This document shows, one piece after another, positions 50,072-58,772 of a stretch of 64,000 bases of DNA. The translations under genes were made by a program, and so were the position numbers. This stretch comes from an uncultured Desulfatiglans sp. (lineage in GTDB: Bacteria; Desulfobacterota; DSM-4660; Desulfatiglandales; HGW-15). The notes beneath the pieces are model-generated. The model searched no databases and was not told where the DNA came from. It saw only the letters and a list, made by a program, of their open reading frames with translations. Every line of letters starts with the position of its first letter. Positions within the stretch are counted from its first letter, which is position 1. The stretch lies in contig CAZXUA010000001.1 of assembly GCA_964643755.1 (NCBI GenBank), forward strand, positions 15,173 through 79,172. The letters are read 5' to 3'.

Positions 50072-51097
50072 ATGAAGGTAGAAAGTTCAAGTGTTTACAT
50101 GTCATCACAGAGGGAGTTTATCTCCAGGGATGAAAAGCAGGAAACCCTGAGTGTCTGGGTTGATCCACCTCAGGGTAAGAGATCGGGTGAAAAGGTCACT
50201 ATTTCCGCTGAGGCAAAGTGTTTGGCAGGGGAGTGCAGGCAGGGTGAAGAGGTTTTGGATGATGACCTGCCTACCGATTCAAAAATGACCCTGAAGGCAT
50301 TGCTTGCCGAGATACTCTCAGGTAAAAAAATCAGGATTTTGGATATCTCTGAATACCAAGGCAAAACAGAAGATGCCGCAATAACAGAGGGAAATAGCAA
50401 TGCTGAGGCTGCTCAGAGCCAACGCCAGGGGTGGGGCATCTCATACGATAAAACTGATTCCCACTATGAGAAGGAGACGGTTTCATTTGTGGCAGCAGGC
50501 GTAATAAAGACCAGTGACAATAAAGAGATAAATTTTGCCCTTGAGCTTGATATGGAGCGTGAATATGCCTCATATGAAAGCTTTAGTTTCAGGGCAGGTG
50601 ATGCAAAATTAACTGACCCCCTTGTAATCAATTTTAACGGGACTGCGGCAGAGCTATCCAATGTCAGATTTGCATTTGACCTGGATTCTGACGGTATTGA
50701 GGAGGATGTGCCTCTCTTAAAACCGGGAAGCGGGTTCCTCGTGTTTGATATCAATAGTGATGGCGCAGTAAATAATGGGAGCGAACTCTTTGGCCCGAGA
50801 ACTGGCAATGGGTTTAATGAGCTTGCCGCACATGATATTGATGCCAATAACTGGATTGATGAGAATGACCCTGTTTATAATCAGCTCTATGTCTGGACAA
50901 TGGATGAGATGGGTGGCCAAAACCTTTCAAGTCTTAAACAGAGAGGAATAGGGGCCATCAATACCGGTAATGTTGCTACCATGTTTGACCTGAAGGGTGC
51001 TGACAACGAGTTACTGGGCCGGACAGTCAGGACAGGCATATATGTAAATGAAGGCGGGACAGCAGGGACGATCCAGCAGCTGGATTTAGCGGTGTGA
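50072..51097 (+). CDS. hypothetical protein with three DxDxDG-type calcium-binding loops
   Basis: FDLDSDGIEEDV, FDINSDGAVNNGSELF and HDIDANNWIDENDP. No signal peptide is recognised. Confidence 0.5.
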   Translation: MKVESSSVYMSSQREFISRDEKQETLSVWVDPPQGKRSGEKVTISAEAKCLAGECRQGEEVLDDDLPTDSKMTLKALLAEILSGKKIRILDISEYQGKTEDAAITEGNSNAEAAQSQRQGWGISYDKTDSHYEKETVSFVAAGVIKTSDNKEINFALELDMEREYASYESFSFRAGDAKLTDPLVINFNGTAAELSNVRFAFDLDSDGIEEDVPLLKPGSGFLVFDINSDGAVNNGSELFGPRTGNGFNELAAHDIDANNWIDENDPVYNQLYVWTMDEMGGQNLSSLKQRGIGAINTGNVATMFDLKGADNELLGRTVRTGIYVNEGGTAGTIQQLDLAV

Positions 51098-51140
51098 AAA
51101 GCAGGCTGAAGCTTTTTAGACTATAGGCTTTTAGGTTTTT

Positions 51141-52037
51141 TTAATGAAGTCGCTTCAGCCTTTCCCTGCCCGACATAGCTTTTATCGACGTCGGGAGTCT
51201 AAATAGCTTCGGACTATTATTTATAATAAGCCCCAGCATCACAAGTACACATCCGATTATGAACCTGGCAGTTATTACCTCATTTACTATTACAAGACTC
51301 AGCAGGATCGTGACCACTGTCTCCAGATAGAATATAATGCTCCCCTTTGCAGCAGGCACCTCCTTATATCCATAGGTCATCATGACCTGTGCGGCAAAGG
51401 TGAGAAACCCTATCAGGAATAGAAGAAAAAACCCGTTTGTTGTAATCAGGCTGAATTCATGAAAGCTGAAGGGTATTGTTGCCATGCCGAATATGCATGG
51501 TGAGAGATAGATAATCAGGCTGCTGTCTGTCTCCCTTGCCTTTTTAATGAATATAATGGCAAAGCTTGCTGCAATACCTGCGAGAATGGCAATCAGGTCA
51601 CCAACAATATTGTATGAGCTTCCATCATACATGATAAAGAATAAGCCCGCAGTACACAAAACCAGGCTTACTATAATACCCTTTGTAATCTTTTCCCTGA
51701 AAAGCAGAAAACCTAATATAGTGACAAATATCGGGTATATCTTTTCGATCATAGCGGTTCTACCGCTTGAAGTGAGGTGGATTGCCACATAAAATGAGAT
51801 CATGGCAGCAGCCCCGGCCACACCCCTTAGAACCCAGTATTTTTTGTTGTTAATCCTGAAGCCCTCTCCTGAGATAAGTATGGCAGAAACAGTGAATATA
51901 ATCCCAAACAGGAATCTTATTGAAGATATGAATATCCCTGAATAGTGCTCAGATGCGATCTTTACAATCACGAAATTGACTGCAAATAGACATGCGGACA
52001 TATAGAGCGTTGCATATGATAAATAAATCTTGCTCAT
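51141..52037 (-). CDS. DMT-superfamily (EamA-like) transporter
   Basis: 10 predicted TM helices in two EamA-type halves. 298 aa. Confidence 0.8.
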   Translation of the reverse strand: MSKIYLSYATLYMSACLFAVNFVIVKIASEHYSGIFISSIRFLFGIIFTVSAILISGEGFRINNKKYWVLRGVAGAAAMISFYVAIHLTSSGRTAMIEKIYPIFVTILGFLLFREKITKGIIVSLVLCTAGLFFIMYDGSSYNIVGDLIAILAGIAASFAIIFIKKARETDSSLIIYLSPCIFGMATIPFSFHEFSLITTNGFFLLFLIGFLTFAAQVMMTYGYKEVPAAKGSIIFYLETVVTILLSLVIVNEVITARFIIGCVLVMLGLIINNSPKLFRLPTSIKAMSGRERLKRLH

Positions 52038-52103
52038 GATCTTATTATTATCTTAAGTTCCAATTTCAAGCGCACATTACTATAAAGAGGTTAATATTTA
52101 TTT

Positions 52104-52178
52104 ACCACGGAGAACACGGAGGTCATGGAGATTTTATATTTTAAGCTTTTCTTCCGTGCTCTCCGTGTCCTCAGTGGT
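52104..52178. repeat. CACGGAG-unit hairpin repeat, copy 3
   Basis: ACCACGGAGAACACGGAGGTCATGGAG ... CTTCCGTGCTCTCCGTGTCCTCAGTGGT. It lies 3' of the PPIase gene. Confidence 0.75.
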
Positions 52179-52212
52179 CAGTTATTATATTTTATCCTTA
52201 CTAAAATGAGTG

Positions 52213-53043
52213 TCAGTTCTTTTCCTTTTCCTCAATAGTTGCCCGGTTAATAATAAGCGGCTCCTTTGGTGTGCCGTTCCGGGTGCCGGATGCCTCAAGT
52301 TTTTTAACCACATCCTGACCTCCTACCACCTCGCCAAAGATCGTATGCTTTCCATCAAGATGAGGGGTTGCAGAAAATGTGATAAAAAACTGGCTTCCGT
52401 CTGTGCCAGGCCCGGAATTCGCCGTGCTTAAAAGATATGGCCTGTTATGTTTAACATTAGGATTGAACTCGCCATCATAGCTGTAACCCGCATCACCTGT
52501 GCCTGTACCAAAGGGGCATCCTGCCTGTGCCATAAACCCAGGGATCACACGGTGAAATGTGATGCCGTTATAGAACCCCTTTTTTGTAAGAAAGATTGTG
52601 CTTGTAACATGCATAGGCGCCACATCCGGCATCAGTCTGAGTTTGATTTGCCCTTTGTTTGTGTCCAGAATCCAGATATATTCGATATTTTTATCAAAGG
52701 TCATCATATCAGGTTTTTTAAGCTGGATCTTCCATGCCTTGTCACCAAGTATTTTAGCTGCCTGTAGCTTTTTCTGCTCAGACTGGTAATCCCTCATTAT
52801 TTGTTTGATCTCATACTGTGAAAAACGGGCTGGCCTACTCTCCAAAACCTCTTTAATACCATCAATCATAATATTGTAATCAGGATCAATATCCTGTCTT
52901 TTTAGAAGGTTACCGATTTGAACCCCGACAGCATAGCTCATTTTATCCTTACCGGTTTTCAGGTCAGTCTGATTTTCATCCCCATTTAGATGAAATGTAA
53001 TCAGGAATTCCAGTAAGATTAATGTGATCAGTTTTTTCATCAT
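52213..53043 (-). CDS. periplasmic cyclophilin-type peptidyl-prolyl isomerase with FKBP_N-like N-domain
   Basis: Signal peptide, MSYAVGVQIGNLLK (FKBP_N type), and a cyclophilin core FHRVIPGFMAQAG...GSQFFIT. Confidence 0.85.
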   Translation of the reverse strand: MMKKLITLILLEFLITFHLNGDENQTDLKTGKDKMSYAVGVQIGNLLKRQDIDPDYNIMIDGIKEVLESRPARFSQYEIKQIMRDYQSEQKKLQAAKILGDKAWKIQLKKPDMMTFDKNIEYIWILDTNKGQIKLRLMPDVAPMHVTSTIFLTKKGFYNGITFHRVIPGFMAQAGCPFGTGTGDAGYSYDGEFNPNVKHNRPYLLSTANSGPGTDGSQFFITFSATPHLDGKHTIFGEVVGGQDVVKKLEASGTRNGTPKEPLIINRATIEEKEKN

Positions 53044-53116
53044 AATACCTCTCCTGTTGGTTAACTATAAAATATTAAATGATGAACAGTGTGCGAGGAA
53101 AATAGAGTATATTCCT

Positions 53117-53157
53117 TAAAAAAAAGGCCTGCTTTTAATAAATATAAAAGCAGGCCT
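53117..53157 (-). terminator. intrinsic terminator (13-bp stem AGGCCTGCTTTTA / TAAAAGCAGGCCT plus U8 on the minus strand)
   Basis: Perfect 13-bp inverted repeat with a 7-nt loop. An A8 run on the plus side gives a U-tract for the minus-strand lipoprotein gene. Confidence 0.8.
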
Positions 53158-53251
53158 GATAATCCCTATTGATTTGTACTGATAAGTCAAAAACAGGGTA
53201 TATAAGACATTACAGCCAGGAATAAGGCTTAATATCTATATGCGCCTTTAA

Positions 53252-53662
53252 CTATTTTTGCTCTGGTGCAGGGGGCATTATGCTTTCAACCGCCTTCTGA
53301 GCGCCCTCTTTAACATCCTGAGCTGCATCATTTACTGCGCCTGTAACCGCTTCGGTTGCTTCTCCAACCTTTTCACCAACCTGCTGTGTTACATCAGAAG
53401 CCTGTTCTGCTACTGTTGTGGCTACATCAGATACTGCATCGCCAACAGTTTCAACAGCCTCCTCAACCGGGGCTGTTACGTCAGCAGGAGCTGCTTCCTC
53501 AACGGGAGTTGCAGGAACTGCTGCTTCAGGAGCAGGCGCCGCCTCTTCTGTTACGGCTGCCGGGGCAGCAGCCTCTTCTTCAGCTGGTTTTGAGCAACCG
53601 CTAAAAACGAAAGCCATCATAAGAATGATCATAAACAATACGCTAATCTTTTTCATTTCCAT
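53252..53662 (-). CDS. Ala/Glu/Pro/Val-rich low-complexity lipoprotein
   Basis: FSGC lipobox, followed by ~110 aa of repetitive A/E/P/V/T sequence. Confidence 0.6.
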   Translation of the reverse strand: MEMKKISVLFMIILMMAFVFSGCSKPAEEEAAAPAAVTEEAAPAPEAAVPATPVEEAAPADVTAPVEEAVETVGDAVSDVATTVAEQASDVTQQVGEKVGEATEAVTGAVNDAAQDVKEGAQKAVESIMPPAPEQK

Positions 53663-53848
53663 CCTCCATTTATTAAATATTTTAAATCTCTGTCTGAATT
53701 AAACCATACCACAAGGATGTAACTAACATAGATACATCATATCCCGTGGTAAATGCGCCTAAAAAAATTGGCGGATTATAAACAAGATTTTTATTAATAA
53801 CAAATAAAAAATTAAAAAAATATTATGCCCATTATTTCCACTTGTCAA

Positions 53849-54940
53849 TCAGTATACCCCCTCATTAAGCCTGAGATCACCCATGATCTTGCCGGCGATG
53901 GTAAATACCCTGCCCAGTATTGAGTTGGCCTCGCTGAATGGGCCAAGGGCATCAACACCTGAATTCATGCCAAGCTCTTTTCTTATGGGGCCGTTTACAA
54001 CAATCATATTTGCCGCAGAGCTTGTGGAATTGCCAAAGCAGTTTGCCCTGGTGCATATCGCAAGAATGTTCGGGAAATACTTTTGCGTGGCCCCTGCCAT
54101 TACCGCATAAACAGCAGCCTTTTCAACTGTCATTTTGCGGGAGCCATATTCACACACGATCTCATCAGGTTTATGGCTCGTGCCTGTAAGCATCTTTGCC
54201 ACACGCTCTTCAGTTGGAAGGATGATCGGATTAAAATCTGTCCATTCCTTATCATTGAACAATCTTCGTAAGTTATCCTCTGTATCAGACGAAAGGAGGC
54301 GCGGTTCAGGTTCTGCGCCCTGCGGTAAACCTGCAAATTTCTCATCATTAGTTAATGGCAGGGTAAGTCCATCTATAATGGCCTGCATCATGGGCTTATC
54401 GCTCAAGAGGTCTTTCCCTTCAACATACGCCTTATGCACAGACCTTGGCTGCCCGGCAACCGGGAAAGGAAAGGCAACATATCTTATGGGCATGCCATTA
54501 TCATATTTAACATTATAATCTTTAAATTTAACAACATTTATTCCTGATGCGCCAACAGTGGGTATGTTCTTTTCTTCAAGCGCCCGCGCAAATCGGCTCA
54601 CGACCGACACACATCCGTGTCAGCCGCCAATCCCAATTACTGCGCCGCGTGCATTTGCAGCTATCTCTGCCCTGAGATCAGGGTCATCGCCCATCCAGCC
54701 ACCCTTTGATCTCCTTCCCTCTACCTTTACCGACGGCATGTTTTTATTAAACCACCCCTTCATCTCGGTAAAAACAGAGTAACCAGCCTCAGGGCCTCCC
54801 CACTGAAGATCAACCAGGTAAATGGTTTTACCTTCAAGGGTATCATTTACAGGTATGAGACTCTATTGAATAAAACTGGTTATGTCAAGAACGTGGTGCT
54901 CGCCCGGTAAAAGGCTGGTTCCGGATGAAGCTTTCAGCTC
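53849..54940 (-). pseudogene. UxxC (UGSC-family-like) seleno/redox protein gene with in-frame TGA, an extra in-frame TAG and no recognisable start
   Basis: One frame reads ...HHVLDITSFIQ-TAG(54863-54865)-SLIPVNDTLEGKTIYLVD...GAVIGIGG-TGA(54620-54622)-HGCVSVVSRFARALEEKNIPTV... into ORF 53849..54610. Confidence 0.5.
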
Positions 54941-54985
54941 TCAGCTGTCAGCATTTATACAGATTCAGCCATTGGCCAGTCAATC
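54925..54985. repeat. tandem TCAGC heptad units (TTCAGCTC TCAGCTG TCAGCAT ... TTCAGCC)
   Basis: Read directly. Same unit as the repeats at 129, 5106 and 11200. Confidence 0.55.
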
Positions 54986-55156
54986 CAGCTTAAGGATTAT
55001 AAAGCTAAAATCTGGCTTAAAATTTTAGATGTTGCTTTTTATGCACTTTTAACCTATTGATATTTAATAAAAAAACAGTATAAATTATGGCACGCTTTCT
55101 GCTTAACAGGCTTTTAAAACAATTGCCCTCTTTTCAAAAAACGGAAGATTATTTAC

Positions 55157-55835
55157 ATGATAAAACTGGAAAATGTACATAAGACATATTTTAATGGCAG
55201 TCCCCTTCATGTGCTTAAGGGTATAAACCTTCATATTGAGGCGGGTGAGTTTGTCTCCATCATGGGGGCATCAGGTTCAGGCAAGTCCACGCTCCTCAAT
55301 ATAATAGGCATACTTGATAATTATGATACAGGCGCATACTGGCTGGGATGAACCCATGTATTGAACCTTGATGAAAAAAAGGCCGCCTATTTCAGGAAAA
55401 GGATGATTGGGTTTGTATTTCAGTCATTTAACCTCATCAGCTTCAAGAATGCCATGGAAAACGTGGCCCTTCCCCTCTATTATCAGAACATCGGCAGGAA
55501 AAAACGCAATATGCTTGCCATGGAGTATCTTGAAAAGCTGGGCCTTCTGGAGTGGGCTGATCATACACTGAATGAGCTCTCTGGCGGCCAGAAACAAGAG
55601 GATAGCCATTGCCAGGACAATGATAACAAAGCCCAGGGTAATAGTGGCTGATGAGCCTACCGGCGCGCTCGACAGCGCTACCTCCCTTGAGGTAATTAAA
55701 CTGCTTCAGGAGATCAACAATGATGAAGGGGTAACTGATATTATTGTTACCCGTGAAGCGGAGGTCTCCCGTGTGACTAAAAGGATTATCAGGTTGAAGG
55801 ATGGTATTATCGCTGAACAGGAGGAACAGTTATAG
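55157..55835 (+). pseudogene. MacB/LolD-type ABC transporter ATPase, decayed
   Basis: Walker [10 protein letters not shown]; in-frame TGA at 55349-55351; +1 frameshift near 55596-55601 inside LSGGQKQ|RIAIAR; Walker B VADEPTG; H-loop His replaced by Arg (VTREAEV, codon 55752-55754). Confidence 0.85.
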
Positions 55836-55838
55836 ATT

Positions 55839-57070
55839 ATGCTTGATCTTGACACCTGGCAGGAGATATTCAGCATCCTTGGTAAAAACAGGCTCCGTGC
55901 TGTTCTGACAGGCTTCAGTGTGGCCTGGGGTATCTTTATGCTTATCATACTGCTGGGTGCTGGAAATGGTTTTGAAAATGCCATGAGAAAGGGCTTTTCA
56001 AATTCCCTTATAAACAGCATGTGGATATGGGGCGGCAAGACCACAAAACCCTATAAAGGCCTTAAACCCGGAAGATATACCAGGCTTACCAATGAGGATT
56101 ATGAGCAGATCAAGAAGAATATACCTGAGGTGGAACTTATATCATCTCGTTTTTACCTACCCGGCCAGAATTATGTGGCCTATAAAAGGAAAATCACTTA
56201 AATATCAGGTTATTTCAGTGCATCCCGATTATCAGGTCATAGATAAGATAGATATTATCTAGGGGCGACCGATAAATAACCTTGATATCCTTCAGAAAAG
56301 AAAGGTCGCTGTAATTACTGAGGAGGTTAAAAAAGAGCTTTTCAATCATAAAGATGCGGTTGGTGAATACATTATTGTTAACGGCTTTTATGTAAGGGTT
56401 GTGGGTGTATGTAAAGACAAGGAGCAGAATAACAATCAGGTTGTGGGTCTGCCGATCACAACGGCCCAGTTAATATGCGGAGGAAAAAAATATATCGAAT
56501 CTCTGTCTCACTATTCTGGTCTCATCATCTGTTAAGGAATCGGTGGAGATCGAGAAAAAGATCCGCTCTGTGTTATCTGGCATACATAACTTTGACCCTA
56601 AAGATGACAGGGCAATCTATATATCGAACAGCGTTGAGCAGGCGGGCAGGTACATGACCATCATTAATTCAATAAGGATGTTTGTCTGGGTAATAGGCAT
56701 CATGACCATTGTGGCAGGTATAGTCGGGGTAAGCAATATCATGACCATCGTGGTAAAGGAGCGTACCAGGGAGATAGGCATAAGAAAGGCGCTGGGCGCG
56801 AGGCCCTGTTCAATTATAGGGATGATCATGCAGGAGTCTATATTGATTACATCCCTGTCAGGGTTCATTGGTCTTCTTTTTGGAACCGGCCTGCTTGAAC
56901 TCATAAGGACAAAAATGCCTGCAAACGAATATTTCTATAATCCGGAGGCTGACATAAGGATCGCTGTTGCCGCAACCCTGTTTTTAATAACAGCAGGCCT
57001 GCTGGCCGGGTTTTTCCCCGCCCGAAAGGCGGCCCGGATCAAACCGATTGTTGCATTGAGGGATGAATAA
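55839..57070 (+). pseudogene. FtsX/MacB-type ABC permease 1, decayed
   Basis: The N-terminal and C-terminal parts are intact ORFs (55839..56201, 56543..57070). The middle needs at least 2 frameshifts and carries an in-frame TAG at 56260-56262 (DII*GRPIN). Confidence 0.8.
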
Positions 57071-57072
57071 AG

Positions 57073-57757
57073 ATGCTGGACAGAGACCTCTGGCAGGAGG
57101 TTTTTCATATACTTAAGAAAAACAAGAGCCGCACTGTGCTTACAGGTTTTGGCGTGTTCTGGGGCATATTCATGCTTGTTGTAATGCTCGGAGCAGGAAG
57201 GGGTCTAAAAAATGGCGTATTTTACGTGACAGGGGATCTTGCCCTTAACAGCCTTTTTATATGGACAAATTCTACGACAATACCATACGGGGGATTTGAC
57301 AGGGGGCGTTACTGGAATTTTACAAACGAGGATTCTCAAGCCCTGCTAGGAGGTTGTCCGAGAATAGCAAAATTGAGCATTTTTGCACCTGTAAGTATTT
57401 GAATTTACTAGGTGCTATTTTTGAAAAACCCTATTCTCGGACAGTCTCCTAGATAACATTCATGAAATAGAGGTTCTGGCGCCAAGGTTGAACTACAGGG
57501 GTGGAGATGTAGAGATATTCCGCAATAACCGGAGTGATATGTTCAGGATAATGGGAGATACCCCCCAATACCTCAGGATTGAACCACTGACCGGGGTTTC
57601 CGGCAGGTTTATCAATAATAAGGATCTGAAAGAGAGGCGAAAGGTCGTAACACTGGCGCTTATTATACTGATCATATCCGGTGCCATAGCAGGATTTCTT
57701 CCAGCGAGACGTGCTATAGCCATAAAACCCATAGATGCTTTGAGAGCGGAAATATAA
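57073..57757 (+). pseudogene. FtsX/MacB-type ABC permease 2, disrupted by a MITE and an internal deletion
   Basis: The coding sequence NEDSQALL|DNIHEIEVLAPR is split by the 57346-57452 insert. After ...KERRKVV the sequence jumps to the last TM helix and the ...FLPARRAIAIKPIDALRAEI terminus. Confidence 0.8.
57346..57452. mobile_element. ~99-bp MITE-like element with ~18-22-bp terminal inverted repeats and CTAG target duplication
   Basis: CTAG-GAGGTTGTCCGAGAATAG...CTATTCTCGGACAGTCTC-CTAG. Removing the element plus one CTAG restores the permease reading frame. Confidence 0.75.
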
Positions 57758-57770
57758 AACAAGGAAAGGT

Positions 57771-58711
57771 ATGAACATGAAAAAATTTTTTATAACTTTT
57801 ATATTCATAATCCTGTTAGCCGGTGGTGTCTCCCTGTTTGTCTCCCTGGCAGCCAAAGAGAAGAAGATCCCTGTTGTATTTGAAATAAAAGAGCCATTTA
57901 TTACCGATATTGTGAAAAAAACGGTTGCCACAGGGTCTATCAAACCGCGCAAGGAGGTGGAGATAAAGCCTCAGCTCCAGGGTATCCTGCAGGAGGTCTA
58001 TGTGGAGCCGGGGCATATGGTAAAAAAGGATGCCCCTATTGCAAAGGTACAGATTATACCTGGGATGAAGGAGCTGAATGATGCTGAGGCGCGGCTCGTT
58101 CAGGCAAAGATCAAGTATGATCATGAGAAATGGAACATTGAGCAGCAGAAGGAGACCTTTAAAGAGGGGATAACAACTCAACAGGATTATCACGGGACCG
58201 AGGCGGAATATAAAAACGCAAAGGCGGAGTATGAGGCCGCAGAGAATAATCTTGAGATAATCAAAAGGGGAGTTGCAAAGAACACCACCACAACAAATAC
58301 CCTCATATGTTCAACCATGGATGGCATGATACTTGATGTGCCTGTGGAAATAGGGGATACAGTAATACAGAGTAATTCATTCAATGCCGGGTCAACCATA
58401 GCAACAGTTGCAGATATGAATGACCTGATATTTGAGGGAAAACTAGATGAATCTGAGGTCGGAAAAATCAAGATTGGCATGAAGCTCCTTATTAACATAG
58501 GGGCAATAGATAATGTGGAGTTTAATGCCACACTGGAACATATCTCCCCCAAAGGGGTTGAAGAGAACGGGACGATTCTTTTTCCTGTAAGGGCGGATGT
58601 TGATCTGGTTGATAATATCTTTATATAGAAACAGGTATTTTAGACAGCATCAATATAGAGGTCGTCTCAGGTATTGATAAAGATGTAAAGATCAAGGTAC
58701 CAAAGGTATAA
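57771..58711 (+). pseudogene. MacA/HlyD-type periplasmic adaptor, C-terminally deleted and frameshifted
   Basis: Membrane anchor, lipoyl and coiled-coil regions are intact. The ORF stops at ...DNIFI. The conserved tail TGILDSINIEVVSGIDKDVKIKVPKV* follows in another frame. Confidence 0.7.
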
Positions 58712-58724
58712 TCAGCAAAGCTTC

Positions 58725-58761
58725 TCTATCTCCGGCCTCATTGGAATTTACCGGAGATAGA
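58725..58761. terminator. 11-bp-stem hairpin between convergent genes (TCTATCTCCGG-N15-CCGGAGATAGA)
   Basis: Perfect inverted repeat. No strong U-tract on either side. Confidence 0.35.
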
Positions 58762-58772
58762 TATATTAATCT

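Noticed and set aside
53258-53702. Three overlapping plus-strand ORFs (53258..53593, 53356..53604, 53418..53702)
   Set aside because: They are frame and strand artefacts of the repetitive GCN/GAR-rich coding sequence of the minus-strand Ala/Glu/Pro lipoprotein gene.
55349-55351. In-frame TGA in the ABC ATPase as a possible selenocysteine codon
   Set aside because: The position (after Y.L.G in the region following Walker A) is not a Cys or redox site in this family. The same gene also has a frameshift and a catalytic His->Arg change, so this is ordinary decay.
36601-58711. Alternative genetic code or stop-codon reassignment as the explanation for the many in-frame stops
   Set aside because: All three stop codons (TAG, TAA, TGA) are involved. 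The same codons terminate dozens of well-conserved genes in this window at the expected positions. Frameshifts and deletions accompany them.
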